A DNA stretch of 64,000 nucleotides, taken from contig CP154954.1 in NCBI GenBank assembly GCA_039621445.1, positions 36,069,703 through 36,133,702 of the forward strand. Reading direction: 5' to 3'. The translations under genes and the position numbers were made by a program. Every line of letters begins with the position of its first letter. Positions within the stretch are counted from its first letter, which is position 1. Under the pieces are notes generated by a model, which did no database searches, had not been told where the DNA came from, and worked only from the letters and a program-made list of their open reading frames with translations. The DNA comes from Euglena gracilis (taxonomy: Eukaryota). Below are positions 1 through 9,390 of the stretch, piece by piece.

Positions 1-457
1 CATTTAGATGGGTGCGTTCGACCGTTCCGGGGGACATTTACCAGGTCAGCCAAGGTTACAATGTAAAAATGGACCAAAATGGGCCTTACTCCGAGTAACC
101 GAATGGGTGTTCCAGGAGGCCTCCAAAGTCAGGGGACCCGTTGGTTTCATGATTTTTGTGGTTTAATGGTAAGAAAAACATGCAGCGGGAATGTTGGTTG
201 CAAGAAATGAGCACATTTAGATGGGTGCGTTCGACCGTTCCGGGGGACATTTACCAGGTCAGCCAAGGTTACAATGTAAAAATGGACCAAAATGGGCCTT
301 ACTCCGAGTAACCGAATGGGTGTTCCAGGAGGCCTCCAAAGTCAGGGGACCCGTTGGTTTCATGATTGTCGTGGTTTAATGGTAAGAAACACACGCAGCG
401 GGAATGTTGGTTGCAAGAAACCAGCACATTTAGATGGGTGCGTTCGACCGTTCCGGG
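1..457 (+). repeat. Satellite A (213-bp tandem repeat), left flank of element 1
   Basis: About two copies of the unit (...catttagatgggtgcgttcgaccgttccgggggacatttaccagg...ttactccgagtaaccgaatggg...) with 213-bp period; the array is cut inside ttcc-ggggg by element 1. Confidence 0.95.
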
Positions 458-937
458 TGTGAGTCAGGGGTGCTGAGTGCCCAAAACAACATAACCTAAC
501 CCAACCCAACCTGATGACTCTGCAGTTAGGATTAGGAAAATCTTATTAGGAATTATTAGCAGCTGACCCCATTTGTCTGCACAGGGCTCTGTCTTGTGTT
601 TGTCTGTTTCAAGTTCAAGAATTGAATTATATTGGTGGCAATTATCATTCTTACCTGGACATTTCGTGGTTCATTACATTGGTGCTGGATTTGGAATTGC
701 TGAATTGCTTGTATTGTGCTATTGGTCTTGTGGATTTTTTTATCAAAAAGGAAAGGTGTGAGCCAACCAACCCACCTGTTTTCATCAAAAAAACCCACCA
801 AAAACAAAGAAAATGCAATTTTTGAAACAGGCCGCGAGGGGAATTGAAAACACCCTGGGCAGGGCTAAAGATCCTACGCAACGGGGTGCCGGCCCCGAGG
901 AACTGGAAACCCCAGGGCGGGCACCACGAATACAACA
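458..937 (+). repeat. Element 1 5' LTR (480 bp)
   Basis: TGTGAGTCAG...TACAACA; matches 20005-20484 with one substitution noticed (gggCtaaag vs gggTtaaag). Confidence 0.95.
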
Positions 938-3900
938 TGGTCGCAGAGGTAGACTGCCCATTTTTGATTCCCCTCCGACATGCGGCTACGAACAAGAAAC
1001 TGAAAAACGACAAGAAACTGCAAAAACTGACGCTGACATGCCTGCTGCCTCAACTGCCATCGCTAGGATGGTGGAGCCGGCGGATGGCTGCCCAGCCCCG
1101 AACCAAACACTGGATGTGCCAACTGCCTTAACCGCCATCGTTAGGGTGGTGGAGCAGGCGGATGGCTTCCCAGCCCTGAACCAAACACTGGAAATGCCAG
1201 CTGCCTTAACCGCCATCGTTAGGGTGGTGGAGCCGGCAGATGGTTTTGCCGCCATGTACCAATCACTGGACAGCAACAGGTGGACTGAAACTGAACAAAA
1301 CGGCACAGACATTACAGTGCCACAGACATGCAATGACAGCCCACGTGTCATTGCCATGGTGCACATGGACCAGGACGACACCGAACAGACCGGTCCAGCA
1401 CCAGATTACACAGAACTGGACGAAAACAACGAACCGTACTTCGACGAACAGGTGTTTGCACCACAAAACTGGTACCAACAGCCAGAAACGGACACTCAGA
1501 ACGACCAAAGCTGGCAAACCGCAACAGCACAGCAACCAGGAACCCAGAGTTTTGCACTGGTGGCGGTACGACAGAGCCCGGAACAACCAGACCGCCTCCA
1601 GGGTGAAACTGAAACTTCGTACCAGGAACCGTCGTACAGCTCGTACGAGATTCCAGAGCCGGAACCACAGAACCAGAACACTGACTGGGACTGGTGGTCA
1701 AACTTTGCGTACGAAACTGGACAGCTGACCCAGGAATTTCAACAGTTCAGACACAACACTGAACAGACGAATCAGCAAACGGCAGAAACACTGCAGCAGC
1801 TGCAACAAACAACGACGGAGTGGGTCAGCGAACTGCACGCAACAGTCAACAGACAGGGTGAAGCACTCATGTCAGAAATAAACGGCAGACACGAAGAACT
1901 GACGACAGTCCTGGCAACAACCCAAGCAAACATGGAACAGGTGACCGTCAACCAGAACAGGCTGTACCAGGAACATTTTAACGGAATGTCACAGCAGATC
2001 ACAGAAATCAGGGAAATGTCTGGCTCACTGGGTGAAAAACTCAGGGAATTTCACAGTTTTCTGCAGATGGCAGGTGGAAACGCACAGAACCATGGTGAAC
2101 ATCTGGTTGGTTTACTACACCGACAGCGAGAAAACGAAAAAACAACTGCAGAACTGCAACAGAGATTGGCTGTGGCAGAAGAACGGGTCGCAGGAATCAC
2201 AGGCGGAGTCCAAACGGTGAACAGCAAAGTGGACGAAACTGTGGCAACAGTGTCCAGAAAAGTTGAAAACCTCAGAGGCGAAATCAGCAGTGTGGTGGAA
2301 AAAATTCAGAAGGACATGGGCAGTGAAATCGGAAATCTGGCAGGACGGGTTCAGCAGCAGGAAACAAAAACGACAACAACCATTCAAAACTGTGATTACC
2401 TGCACAAAAAACTGGTCGAACTGCAGAAAATCCCAGATCAGCAGCAGCAGATTACACAGCTGAACGAGGAAATCGGCAGACTGAAACGACAAGTGGAAAC
2501 CCTGACCTCCAACGAAGAAAAACACAAACAACGCACTGAACGTCTGAACCTGGAGGTCGGCAACCTGGGTCACAGGGTGGACGAAACAGCCCAAACGACT
2601 CAAAAACTGCTGGGTGAACTACAAAAAGGGACCATTAAAACAGGAACACATGACACATCTGAACATGCCAAATGGCTGGAAATGACATCTGCCATTGGCT
2701 CAATGACAACCAGGGTCGGTCAACTGGAAGCAAAACTGGCTGGTCTGACAACAAAAACTGCAGAACGAGAAACACATGACAACGGCATCCGGCAGCATTT
2801 ACATTCTCTGACCACGGAACTGCAAACACAGCAGAAACGGTGGACAGAACAGCTGGTGACCCTGGACAGAAAACTCAGTGCAGTGACAAAAACGACTGAA
2901 AACCTGACCGAAAAACTGGAAAGGCAAAACACCCAGCAAATTACAACCCCCAGCCCTAGCCTGGCTGAAATACCCAAACTTTTTGAAAATCTTTGCATTT
3001 CCTCTCGCCCAGCCTGCACAGGGGCCTTCGGGCCAGAGTCAGGGGCCAGCCCCCTGGCCAGTGGGCCTCCCTCGAGGACCCAGGCTGGACAGCCAGGGGC
3101 AGCCACAACGGCCCAACGGACTGAACAACCCCCCCAGGGGGCAGACAGGGCCGCGGGCCAACGGGGATCGGGGACCCCACAACCCCAGAACCAGCCCCCG
3201 GCAGCCCTGAGGGGCCAACCCACAGGACAACACGGGACGGGGACCCTAGAACCCCAGGCCTGGCCAAAGGGGATGGGGACCCCACAACCCCTGGCCCAGC
3301 CACGGCCAGCCCTGAGGGGCCAGCCCGCAGGAATCCAAGGGACGGGGACCCCAGAACCCCAGGCCTGTCAAACGGGGACGGGGACCCCACAACCCCTGAC
3401 AGGTATGTTCAGCCAGAGCAGCCAGCAGTGGGGGGACGAAACACCACACCCAAAAATGGAAGGAGGAGCTGCAGCACTGGGGACCGTTAACTCGGCTTCC
3501 CTGGTGGGGCAGCTCATCCAGCAAGAACTAAAAACTGCCTTGACACCGTTAATTGCCCAACTGACTCGACAAACAGAACGACCGACTGCAGTCCCGATCA
3601 GCCCAGCACTTACGACAAACCCGACAAGCCCAGCACCACAGCCAACCCAGCCGACTCAACAGCCAGTGACGACACAACAAAACCCACAGTCCCGGACTCG
3701 GGGCTTGTTCATGTGGGCAGACGAAACCGAAACTCAGAACACAGCCATAACAACCTGGGTGGGACCCCAGATGGGGTCTACCCAAACTGCCATCCACCAC
3801 ATAGGAGAGGAAACAGTGGTGGCACCCGTGGCAACGGCCCCGGCAGCATCCTTCGGGCTGCTGCTGGGTCCAGTGGGCGCGGCGATGACAAAAGACCTGG

Positions 3901-5264
3901 TAAGACCAACACTGCAGGGGAATTTCGCAGATTTTGCCGTGAAATTTCCAATGTACCTGCAACGTGTGTCAGCCGGTCAGGGGTCCCTGACCGACGACCT
4001 GAAACTGTCACTGCTGGAGGGCAGCCTGGACAGTGCCAGCAAACTGGAACTACAACGCAGACAGGAACGCGGTGAGAAAATAAAATACCAGGAATTTTGG
4101 AACTGGATGTGCCAGAAATACGGTGGAGACACACAATCAGCCATCAAAGACGAACTGAAAAACCTGAGACCAAAAACGGAAGGAAAACTGACACTGGAAG
4201 CGTGGAGGGAGTTTGAGGCCCATTTCAAACTCCTCTACAGCAGGCTGGAAAATCCATCAGAGGAAGACGCTTACAACCTGGTGGCTGAAAAAATGCCTGA
4301 AACGCAACGCAGAAGCTGCATCAGGGAACAGGACCGCAGAAATCAGGACAGACCGACACTGAAACTGAAGGGGGTCACGAACATTACAAACGTCCCAGAT
4401 GCAACAACGGAAGACGTTCGTGACCTGGTGGCAGCAACAGTGGGCACAGGTGAGAATTTTCAGGTGGCACGAGACGGACAAAACTTCAGGATCCAACTGC
4501 ACAGCAGCAGAGCTGCTGAACTGCTCCTGATGAAAAACGGTTCAACGCTGCTGACTGGACACAAGCCACAATTCACACAGGTACAGGCCAAACTGACTCT
4601 GGACGAACTGTTCCAACGGGTGGAAACCGAACTCAGGTGCCAACAACAGTCAGACTCCCTGGGTAGGGGGTACAACGGCTGGCAGAACCAACCTCGTGAA
4701 AACAGATCACGGTCGATGGACCGCAGGGGTTACGTCAGGGAAGTCAAGGAGGAGGAGAAAACAAAATCCAGAAGTCGGACACCACCTTCCAGATCCCGAC
4801 CCAACTCCCCTGGACCTCGAACCCCAACACCTGAAAAACCCAGACCCCCTTCTCCACGCCAGCAGGTGCCCATGGCAGTTTCAGAACAGCCTGGCCAGGG
4901 ACGGTACACCAACTGGTCAGACTGGGGACAAAACGACTGGGGCAAAGGCAAAGGAAAGGGGAAAGGTCAAAACTGGGGTTCAACCCAAAACTGGAACCAG
5001 AACCAGAACTGGAATCAGAATTACGGCAAAGGCCACGATTCAGGAAAGGGATACAACTCTGGGAAAGGATACGAGTCTGGGAAGGGGAGCGGGAAAGGAA
5101 AAGGCAAAGGGCAGCCACAGCCACAGCCAGCAGCAACGAAAACTGAACCACAGCCGCAGCAAACCAATTCACAGGAGCCAGCCAACCAGCCACAGGGACA
5201 GCCAAAGGCAGAAGCATCTTCCAGCAATCGCTGGCAGCCAGTTCAAAACACAGAACGGAAGTGA
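813..5264 (+). CDS. gag: Element 1 Gag-like protein (1483 aa): N-terminal repeats, long coiled coil, capsid-like region, GK/NW-rich C-terminus
   Basis: Uninterrupted ORF in gag position, starting inside the LTR; Q/E/L heptad-rich segment; capsid-like segment (FAVKFPMYLQ...LLEGSLD...FWNWMCQKYG...WREFEAHF); no CCHC knuckle seen. Confidence 0.8.
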   Translation: MQFLKQAARGIENTLGRAKDPTQRGAGPEELETPGRAPRIQHGRRGRLPIFDSPPTCGYEQETEKRQETAKTDADMPAASTAIARMVEPADGCPAPNQTLDVPTALTAIVRVVEQADGFPALNQTLEMPAALTAIVRVVEPADGFAAMYQSLDSNRWTETEQNGTDITVPQTCNDSPRVIAMVHMDQDDTEQTGPAPDYTELDENNEPYFDEQVFAPQNWYQQPETDTQNDQSWQTATAQQPGTQSFALVAVRQSPEQPDRLQGETETSYQEPSYSSYEIPEPEPQNQNTDWDWWSNFAYETGQLTQEFQQFRHNTEQTNQQTAETLQQLQQTTTEWVSELHATVNRQGEALMSEINGRHEELTTVLATTQANMEQVTVNQNRLYQEHFNGMSQQITEIREMSGSLGEKLREFHSFLQMAGGNAQNHGEHLVGLLHRQRENEKTTAELQQRLAVAEERVAGITGGVQTVNSKVDETVATVSRKVENLRGEISSVVEKIQKDMGSEIGNLAGRVQQQETKTTTTIQNCDYLHKKLVELQKIPDQQQQITQLNEEIGRLKRQVETLTSNEEKHKQRTERLNLEVGNLGHRVDETAQTTQKLLGELQKGTIKTGTHDTSEHAKWLEMTSAIGSMTTRVGQLEAKLAGLTTKTAERETHDNGIRQHLHSLTTELQTQQKRWTEQLVTLDRKLSAVTKTTENLTEKLERQNTQQITTPSPSLAEIPKLFENLCISSRPACTGAFGPESGASPLASGPPSRTQAGQPGAATTAQRTEQPPQGADRAAGQRGSGTPQPQNQPPAALRGQPTGQHGTGTLEPQAWPKGMGTPQPLAQPRPALRGQPAGIQGTGTPEPQACQTGTGTPQPLTGMFSQSSQQWGDETPHPKMEGGAAALGTVNSASLVGQLIQQELKTALTPLIAQLTRQTERPTAVPISPALTTNPTSPAPQPTQPTQQPVTTQQNPQSRTRGLFMWADETETQNTAITTWVGPQMGSTQTAIHHIGEETVVAPVATAPAASFGLLLGPVGAAMTKDLVRPTLQGNFADFAVKFPMYLQRVSAGQGSLTDDLKLSLLEGSLDSASKLELQRRQERGEKIKYQEFWNWMCQKYGGDTQSAIKDELKNLRPKTEGKLTLEAWREFEAHFKLLYSRLENPSEEDAYNLVAEKMPETQRRSCIREQDRRNQDRPTLKLKGVTNITNVPDATTEDVRDLVAATVGTGENFQVARDGQNFRIQLHSSRAAELLLMKNGSTLLTGHKPQFTQVQAKLTLDELFQRVETELRCQQQSDSLGRGYNGWQNQPRENRSRSMDRRGYVREVKEEEKTKSRSRTPPSRSRPNSPGPRTPTPEKPRPPSPRQQVPMAVSEQPGQGRYTNWSDWGQNDWGKGKGKGKGQNWGSTQNWNQNQNWNQNYGKGHDSGKGYNSGKGYESGKGSGKGKGKGQPQPQPAATKTEPQPQQTNSQEPANQPQGQPKAEASSSNRWQPVQNTERK
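938..949 (+). promoter_or_regulatory. Element 1 primer-binding site TGGTCGCAGAGG (tRNA-iMet-like)
   Basis: Begins with TGG directly after the LTR; one mismatch to TGGTAGCAGAGG, the complement of a typical eukaryotic initiator tRNA 3' end. Confidence 0.75.
1038..1271 (+). repeat. Three 78-bp (26-aa) tandem repeats in element 1 gag
   Basis: MPAASTAIARMVEPADGCPAPNQTLD / VPTALTAIVRVVEQADGFPALNQTLE / MPAALTAIVRVVEPADGFAAMYQSLD. Confidence 0.9.
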
Positions 5265-5583
5265 AGGGGCTGCGGCCTGAGGGTAGGGGACGAGAGGGGC
5301 GACTCTCTGCAGACACAACCGAAACAACCAAACAAAACAAGGGAACCAGGTCCAGAGCCGCAGCGGTCATACACACTGGGTAAGGGAGGTAAGAAAAAAC
5401 CCCAAAAGAAAAACATCCTGACAAAAAAACGACTCCACAGCCCAGAACCGAAAAGGGAACAGGTCAGCTGCAGGTTCGGCAGAGCAGCTTCACGGTGGGT
5501 GTCTGAAAACTACCACGTGAAGGAAGAAAAAATGACAGAAATTATCTCACACTTCGGGGTCCAGCCCCAGCTGGATGCCTTTG
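5265..5583 (+). CDS. pol: Element 1 pol, N-terminal part up to motif I of the Dam-like MTase (interrupted by element 2)
   Basis: Stop-free and in the gag frame after TGA 5262-5264: RGCGLRVGDE...WVSENYHVKEEKMTEIISHFGVQPQLDAF. It joins 12636 in frame once element 2 and one TSD copy are removed. Confidence 0.8.
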
Positions 5584-5774
5584 TGGACGTCTCAGAATAT
5601 TCTTTTGTTTTTATTGAAATCCTCGGATTCCCAATTTTTCTTGATATCCCAATTGTCCCCAAAGACGTAACACAATCAATGTTGAGACATAACCAGAGCC
5701 AGCAGTCTGCACAGGAGGAAAGGTTCGAATTAGGAATACAAAGTTCGGTTCAGGCGGTTAGTAAATAGTCCGCA
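5584..5774 (-). repeat. Element 2 3' LTR (191 bp)
   Basis: Direct repeat of 12440-12630; preceded on the minus strand by G-rich GGCATGGGGGGCGTG (imperfect PPT). Confidence 0.93.
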
Positions 5775-6060
5775 CACGCCCCCCATGCCGGAGGACGCGG
5801 CGCCACAGGCACAGGACGAAACGGCATCACACCACAAACAAAATGGCTTTACTATGGTTCAAGCACGAATGAATGGTGTTCAACACGAATTGTCCACAAA
5901 AAAGGTTCAGAACGACAAATGTCAACACAAAGGAAGGTAAAAGAGGTTACTTCCGACGTTCACCGTGGTCCCTTCACTTCGTGGTTGGCTTGCCATTCAA
6001 AAGTAACACAAACCTGGGCGAAACTCCTCGCATCAATGGCAGGTTTGTGACTGAAAGCCT

Positions 6061-9000
6061 TCAAACGTTAGACAACAATCCACCCATGGCGAGGCGGGTT
6101 GGTGTCTCCTGACCCGAAAAACCATCCAAAAGGCCCCCTGGGGGGCTTGACTTTCCTCCCGCGTGACTGAAAGCACGATCAAAACATTTGGGGGGAGGCC
6201 AGGCTGTCTCTTGAGATGCCAACCCCCATTCGCATTCTGAAACGTCGCAAAACATTCTGAGCGCCTGGCGTAGGATCGATTGTAAATTGTGATCCACACA
6301 ATAATTCTTGAAAACCTCATTCATTCTGCCTCCTGGTTGCACAAAGGAAGCCACAGGCTCCCATGTACTGCTGCTTGCCGGAAAATTCTCCCACCAAACC
6401 AAAAATTTCCATCCCCCTTGGTACTTGTGCTTCAAAATCTTGTAAACATTGTAAAAACCCAATTGTGCTTGTTCTTCTTCTGACATCTGAAGGCGGTGGT
6501 CCCCTCCCTGGTCTGGCATGGGGGTGTCACCCTCCACTGGGTCTCCCACAACCACATCACCGGTCAAAAGGTCTGGGTCTTCTTCCAAAAGGCTTTCTTC
6601 ATGCAAAGCAACCTCCCACCTTTTGCACAAACCCAAAGAGACATCAATGACCCCTCCCAAAGATGGACTGCTTGCAATTTGCACTGAATTGAACCTCGAT
6701 TTGAGAACCCGAAAAGGTCCTTGCCAGGGGGGGGAAAGCTTGGGCCATGATTTGTTTGGCCATCTTTTGTTGTGCACCAAAACATAGTCATCTTCTTCAA
6801 TTTTTGCTGGTACCCTCCCTTTGTTGGCACTCTCAAAATCCTTTTTCCTCAATTCTTTCAATCTCTGGGAAGCTCTTTCTTGAATTTCCATCTGGGTCAA
6901 AAGCCAAGAATGGGTTTCTGGATTTGTCACCGGTTCTGGGGGTAATTCCAACCTCCAAGCTGGTCTGCCCAAAAACATTTCATGGGGTGACAACATTGTT
7001 GTGGGGGAAATCTGCGAATTCATCAAAAATGTGCAATACGGGATCAGCTGCACCCAATTTTTGTCCTTGGAAGACAGACTCAATGCTCGCATATTCTGCA
7101 AGAACATTTTATTGACATTTTCAACCAAACCGTTTGATCGGGGGTTCCGGGGCAGAGAAAACGATAATTTCACGTCGAGAGCTTTCAGGGCTGTCTGGTA
7201 AAAACCACTGGGCTGTCTGAATCGCACGTCGTTGTCAGACCTCACAACAGACGGTTTTCCAAAAACAGAAATCCACCGGTCCAAAATAAGCCTCAAAACA
7301 CCTTCTCCGGTTACCGTTTTCTGTGTGGGGATGAATTGGCAAAAATGGGACAAATTGTCGACCAAAGTCAGCACATAGTCAAAACCATTGTAGGGGTCCA
7401 TTTGCACAAAATCCAAACACAAAACTTCATTGCTCACTGTTGGAATCGGTAAAGAACCCACCTTTCCACGGTCACTGGGGCGGTTTTGTTTTGAAAGGGT
7501 GCAAATTTCACATGTCATCACAATGGCCCTGCAAATTTCCAACATGTCTTTCTTGGAAACCTTGGACTGAAAATGGCTCAAAAAGAACAACAAAGTCCTT
7601 TCAGCACCAACATGGTTGCTTGCCTTGTGACATTCATCCAAACAAACCTTCAACAAATGAGATGGAACAACCAATTTTCCTTCACAATACATGGCCTTGG
7701 CAGATCTGAACCAAAACTCATTGTCAATGAAACAGGGTTTTGAAACCTCCACTTTTTCCCAAAAATCCTTCAGCTCTGAATTCAAATAATCCTTTTCTGA
7801 CACTTGCACTCTGTGGGACAAACTGAAAATCTTCTGCAAAAACAGGTCAAGCTGCACATCCATTTTCTGAAAAGCGTTCCTTGCTTCTTCCTCAAAATGA
7901 ATTTCAAATTTGTTCTCAAAATCAGCACGAGACAAAAAATCACACAATTCATTTTTGCAACCTGCCACATGAACGATATTCAGTTTGAACTGGTGCAAAA
8001 ACACATACATCCTTCTCAATCTTTTGTTGAGGGGGGGTTCACCCTTCAGGAAAGAGGTGGCTGCCTCATTGTCTGTCATCCACACAATTGGCAGATTTTG
8101 CAAAATCCTTGTTTGTGAAGCAATGGTCAGCACACCACTCAAAATTTCCTTTTCCCAGGTAGTGTATTTTTTTCTTGCCTCACTCCATTTCCAGTTGTAG
8201 TGGCCCAGGGGCACCAACCTCATTTCACTGGGGTAGTTGTTTTTCAGGGTCCCATCCACCTTCACACCACTTGTTCGAAAATTCTCAGGAATTTGTGTTT
8301 GTTGGAGGGTTTGCCACTGAAACAATGCTGAACCACCTCCCAAATCCGAACTGTCAGTCACCAAAACAATCTCTCCTGAACTCCTGGGGGTACCCAAAAC
8401 ATCAAGAGAAGACAATTTCCTTTTCAATGCATTCAAACAACTCTCCTCCTTTTCAGTCCACCTCCATTTCACATTCTTTTTCAGCAGATCTGTGAGCGGG
8501 GCTGAGTCAAAAGTAAAACCTTTCACGTGTCTGCGGTAGAAATTCATGGCTCCCAAAATTCGCCTCAAATCCCTTTGATTCTGAACTCGAAAACTCAGAA
8601 TTGGTTCAATGTTTCTTTTGTTTGCCTGCCACATTCCCCATCCCAACGAGAAACCCAAATAGTCAATGGACTGATTCAGAAAGGAACATTTGCTCAATTT
8701 TATTCTCACTTGGTTCTTTCTGCAAACTTCAAACCACTTTTCCAAAAGATACAAATGATCCTCCTCAGAGTTTGCACCAACCCCTGTGTCATCAAAAAAA
8801 GAAGCCAGGTGTCCATCCTTCAAAATCTCTCTCACCCTCAAATCCGTTTTGCATTGGGAGGTTAGAATTTCCATCAGCTCCTGAAAAATACCCGGTGCAT
8901 TACTTAGGCCAAACATCATCCTTTTGGGACGAAAACACCTCCCAGAAGGAATGCAAAATGCAGACAAATTTGCTGCTCTTTTTGTGATTGGGATTTGCCA

Positions 9001-9390
9001 ATACCCACTCCTCATGTCCAGGGTACTTTTCCAGCGACATTTGGCCAAACTTTCAATCAAAACCTCCATGCTTGGCAAATAACCTGCATGTGCCTTGCTT
9101 CTGGCATTCAATTTTCCATAATGGATGACCATCCTTCTGGTACTTGACCCTTTTTTGTCCACCAAAAATGTGGGGCTGCACACCTGGGGGATTTCACCAA
9201 CTGGGAATTGCTCAATCAACCCTGACTTTAGCAATTCTTCACACTGAAGGTCAATTTCTTTTTCATCCTCCTGGGGCATGGGCCAACACTTTTGCCTTAG
9301 GGGTTTACCTTCCCATTCAGGCTTTAGCTCAATGTCCATCAAAACTGGCAGTGGGGACTCGAGAAATTGTGGGCAATGGTCCAAAAACAT
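6061..9390 (-). CDS. pol: Element 2 pol: reverse transcriptase, RNase H, integrase, chromodomain
   Basis: RT: CSPTFLVDKK, LDMRSGYWQ, MMFGLSNAP, FFDD. RNase H: VTDSS...EKE...TDNEA...CDFLSR. IN: H..H..CEIC, LDF, RSDND, NGLVE, WQGPF. Chromodomain: YNVYKILKHK...FLVWWENF...STWEP. Confidence 0.93.
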   Translation of the reverse strand: MFLDHCPQFLESPLPVLMDIELKPEWEGKPLRQKCWPMPQEDEKEIDLQCEELLKSGLIEQFPVGEIPQVCSPTFLVDKKGSSTRRMVIHYGKLNARSKAHAGYLPSMEVLIESLAKCRWKSTLDMRSGYWQIPITKRAANLSAFCIPSGRCFRPKRMMFGLSNAPGIFQELMEILTSQCKTDLRVREILKDGHLASFFDDTGVGANSEEDHLYLLEKWFEVCRKNQVRIKLSKCSFLNQSIDYLGFSLGWGMWQANKRNIEPILSFRVQNQRDLRRILGAMNFYRRHVKGFTFDSAPLTDLLKKNVKWRWTEKEESCLNALKRKLSSLDVLGTPRSSGEIVLVTDSSDLGGGSALFQWQTLQQTQIPENFRTSGVKVDGTLKNNYPSEMRLVPLGHYNWKWSEARKKYTTWEKEILSGVLTIASQTRILQNLPIVWMTDNEAATSFLKGEPPLNKRLRRMYVFLHQFKLNIVHVAGCKNELCDFLSRADFENKFEIHFEEEARNAFQKMDVQLDLFLQKIFSLSHRVQVSEKDYLNSELKDFWEKVEVSKPCFIDNEFWFRSAKAMYCEGKLVVPSHLLKVCLDECHKASNHVGAERTLLFFLSHFQSKVSKKDMLEICRAIVMTCEICTLSKQNRPSDRGKVGSLPIPTVSNEVLCLDFVQMDPYNGFDYVLTLVDNLSHFCQFIPTQKTVTGEGVLRLILDRWISVFGKPSVVRSDNDVRFRQPSGFYQTALKALDVKLSFSLPRNPRSNGLVENVNKMFLQNMRALSLSSKDKNWVQLIPYCTFLMNSQISPTTMLSPHEMFLGRPAWRLELPPEPVTNPETHSWLLTQMEIQERASQRLKELRKKDFESANKGRVPAKIEEDDYVLVHNKRWPNKSWPKLSPPWQGPFRVLKSRFNSVQIASSPSLGGVIDVSLGLCKRWEVALHEESLLEEDPDLLTGDVVVGDPVEGDTPMPDQGGDHRLQMSEEEQAQLGFYNVYKILKHKYQGGWKFLVWWENFPASSSTWEPVASFVQPGGRMNEVFKNYCVDHNLQSILRQALRMFCDVSECEWGLASQETAWPPPKCFDRAFSHAGGKSSPPGGLLDGFSGQETPTRLAMGGLLSNV

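Noticed and set aside
494-550. Telomere-like CCTAA/TTAGG motifs in the element 1 LTR
   Set aside because: Only a few degenerate copies; not distinguishable from chance.
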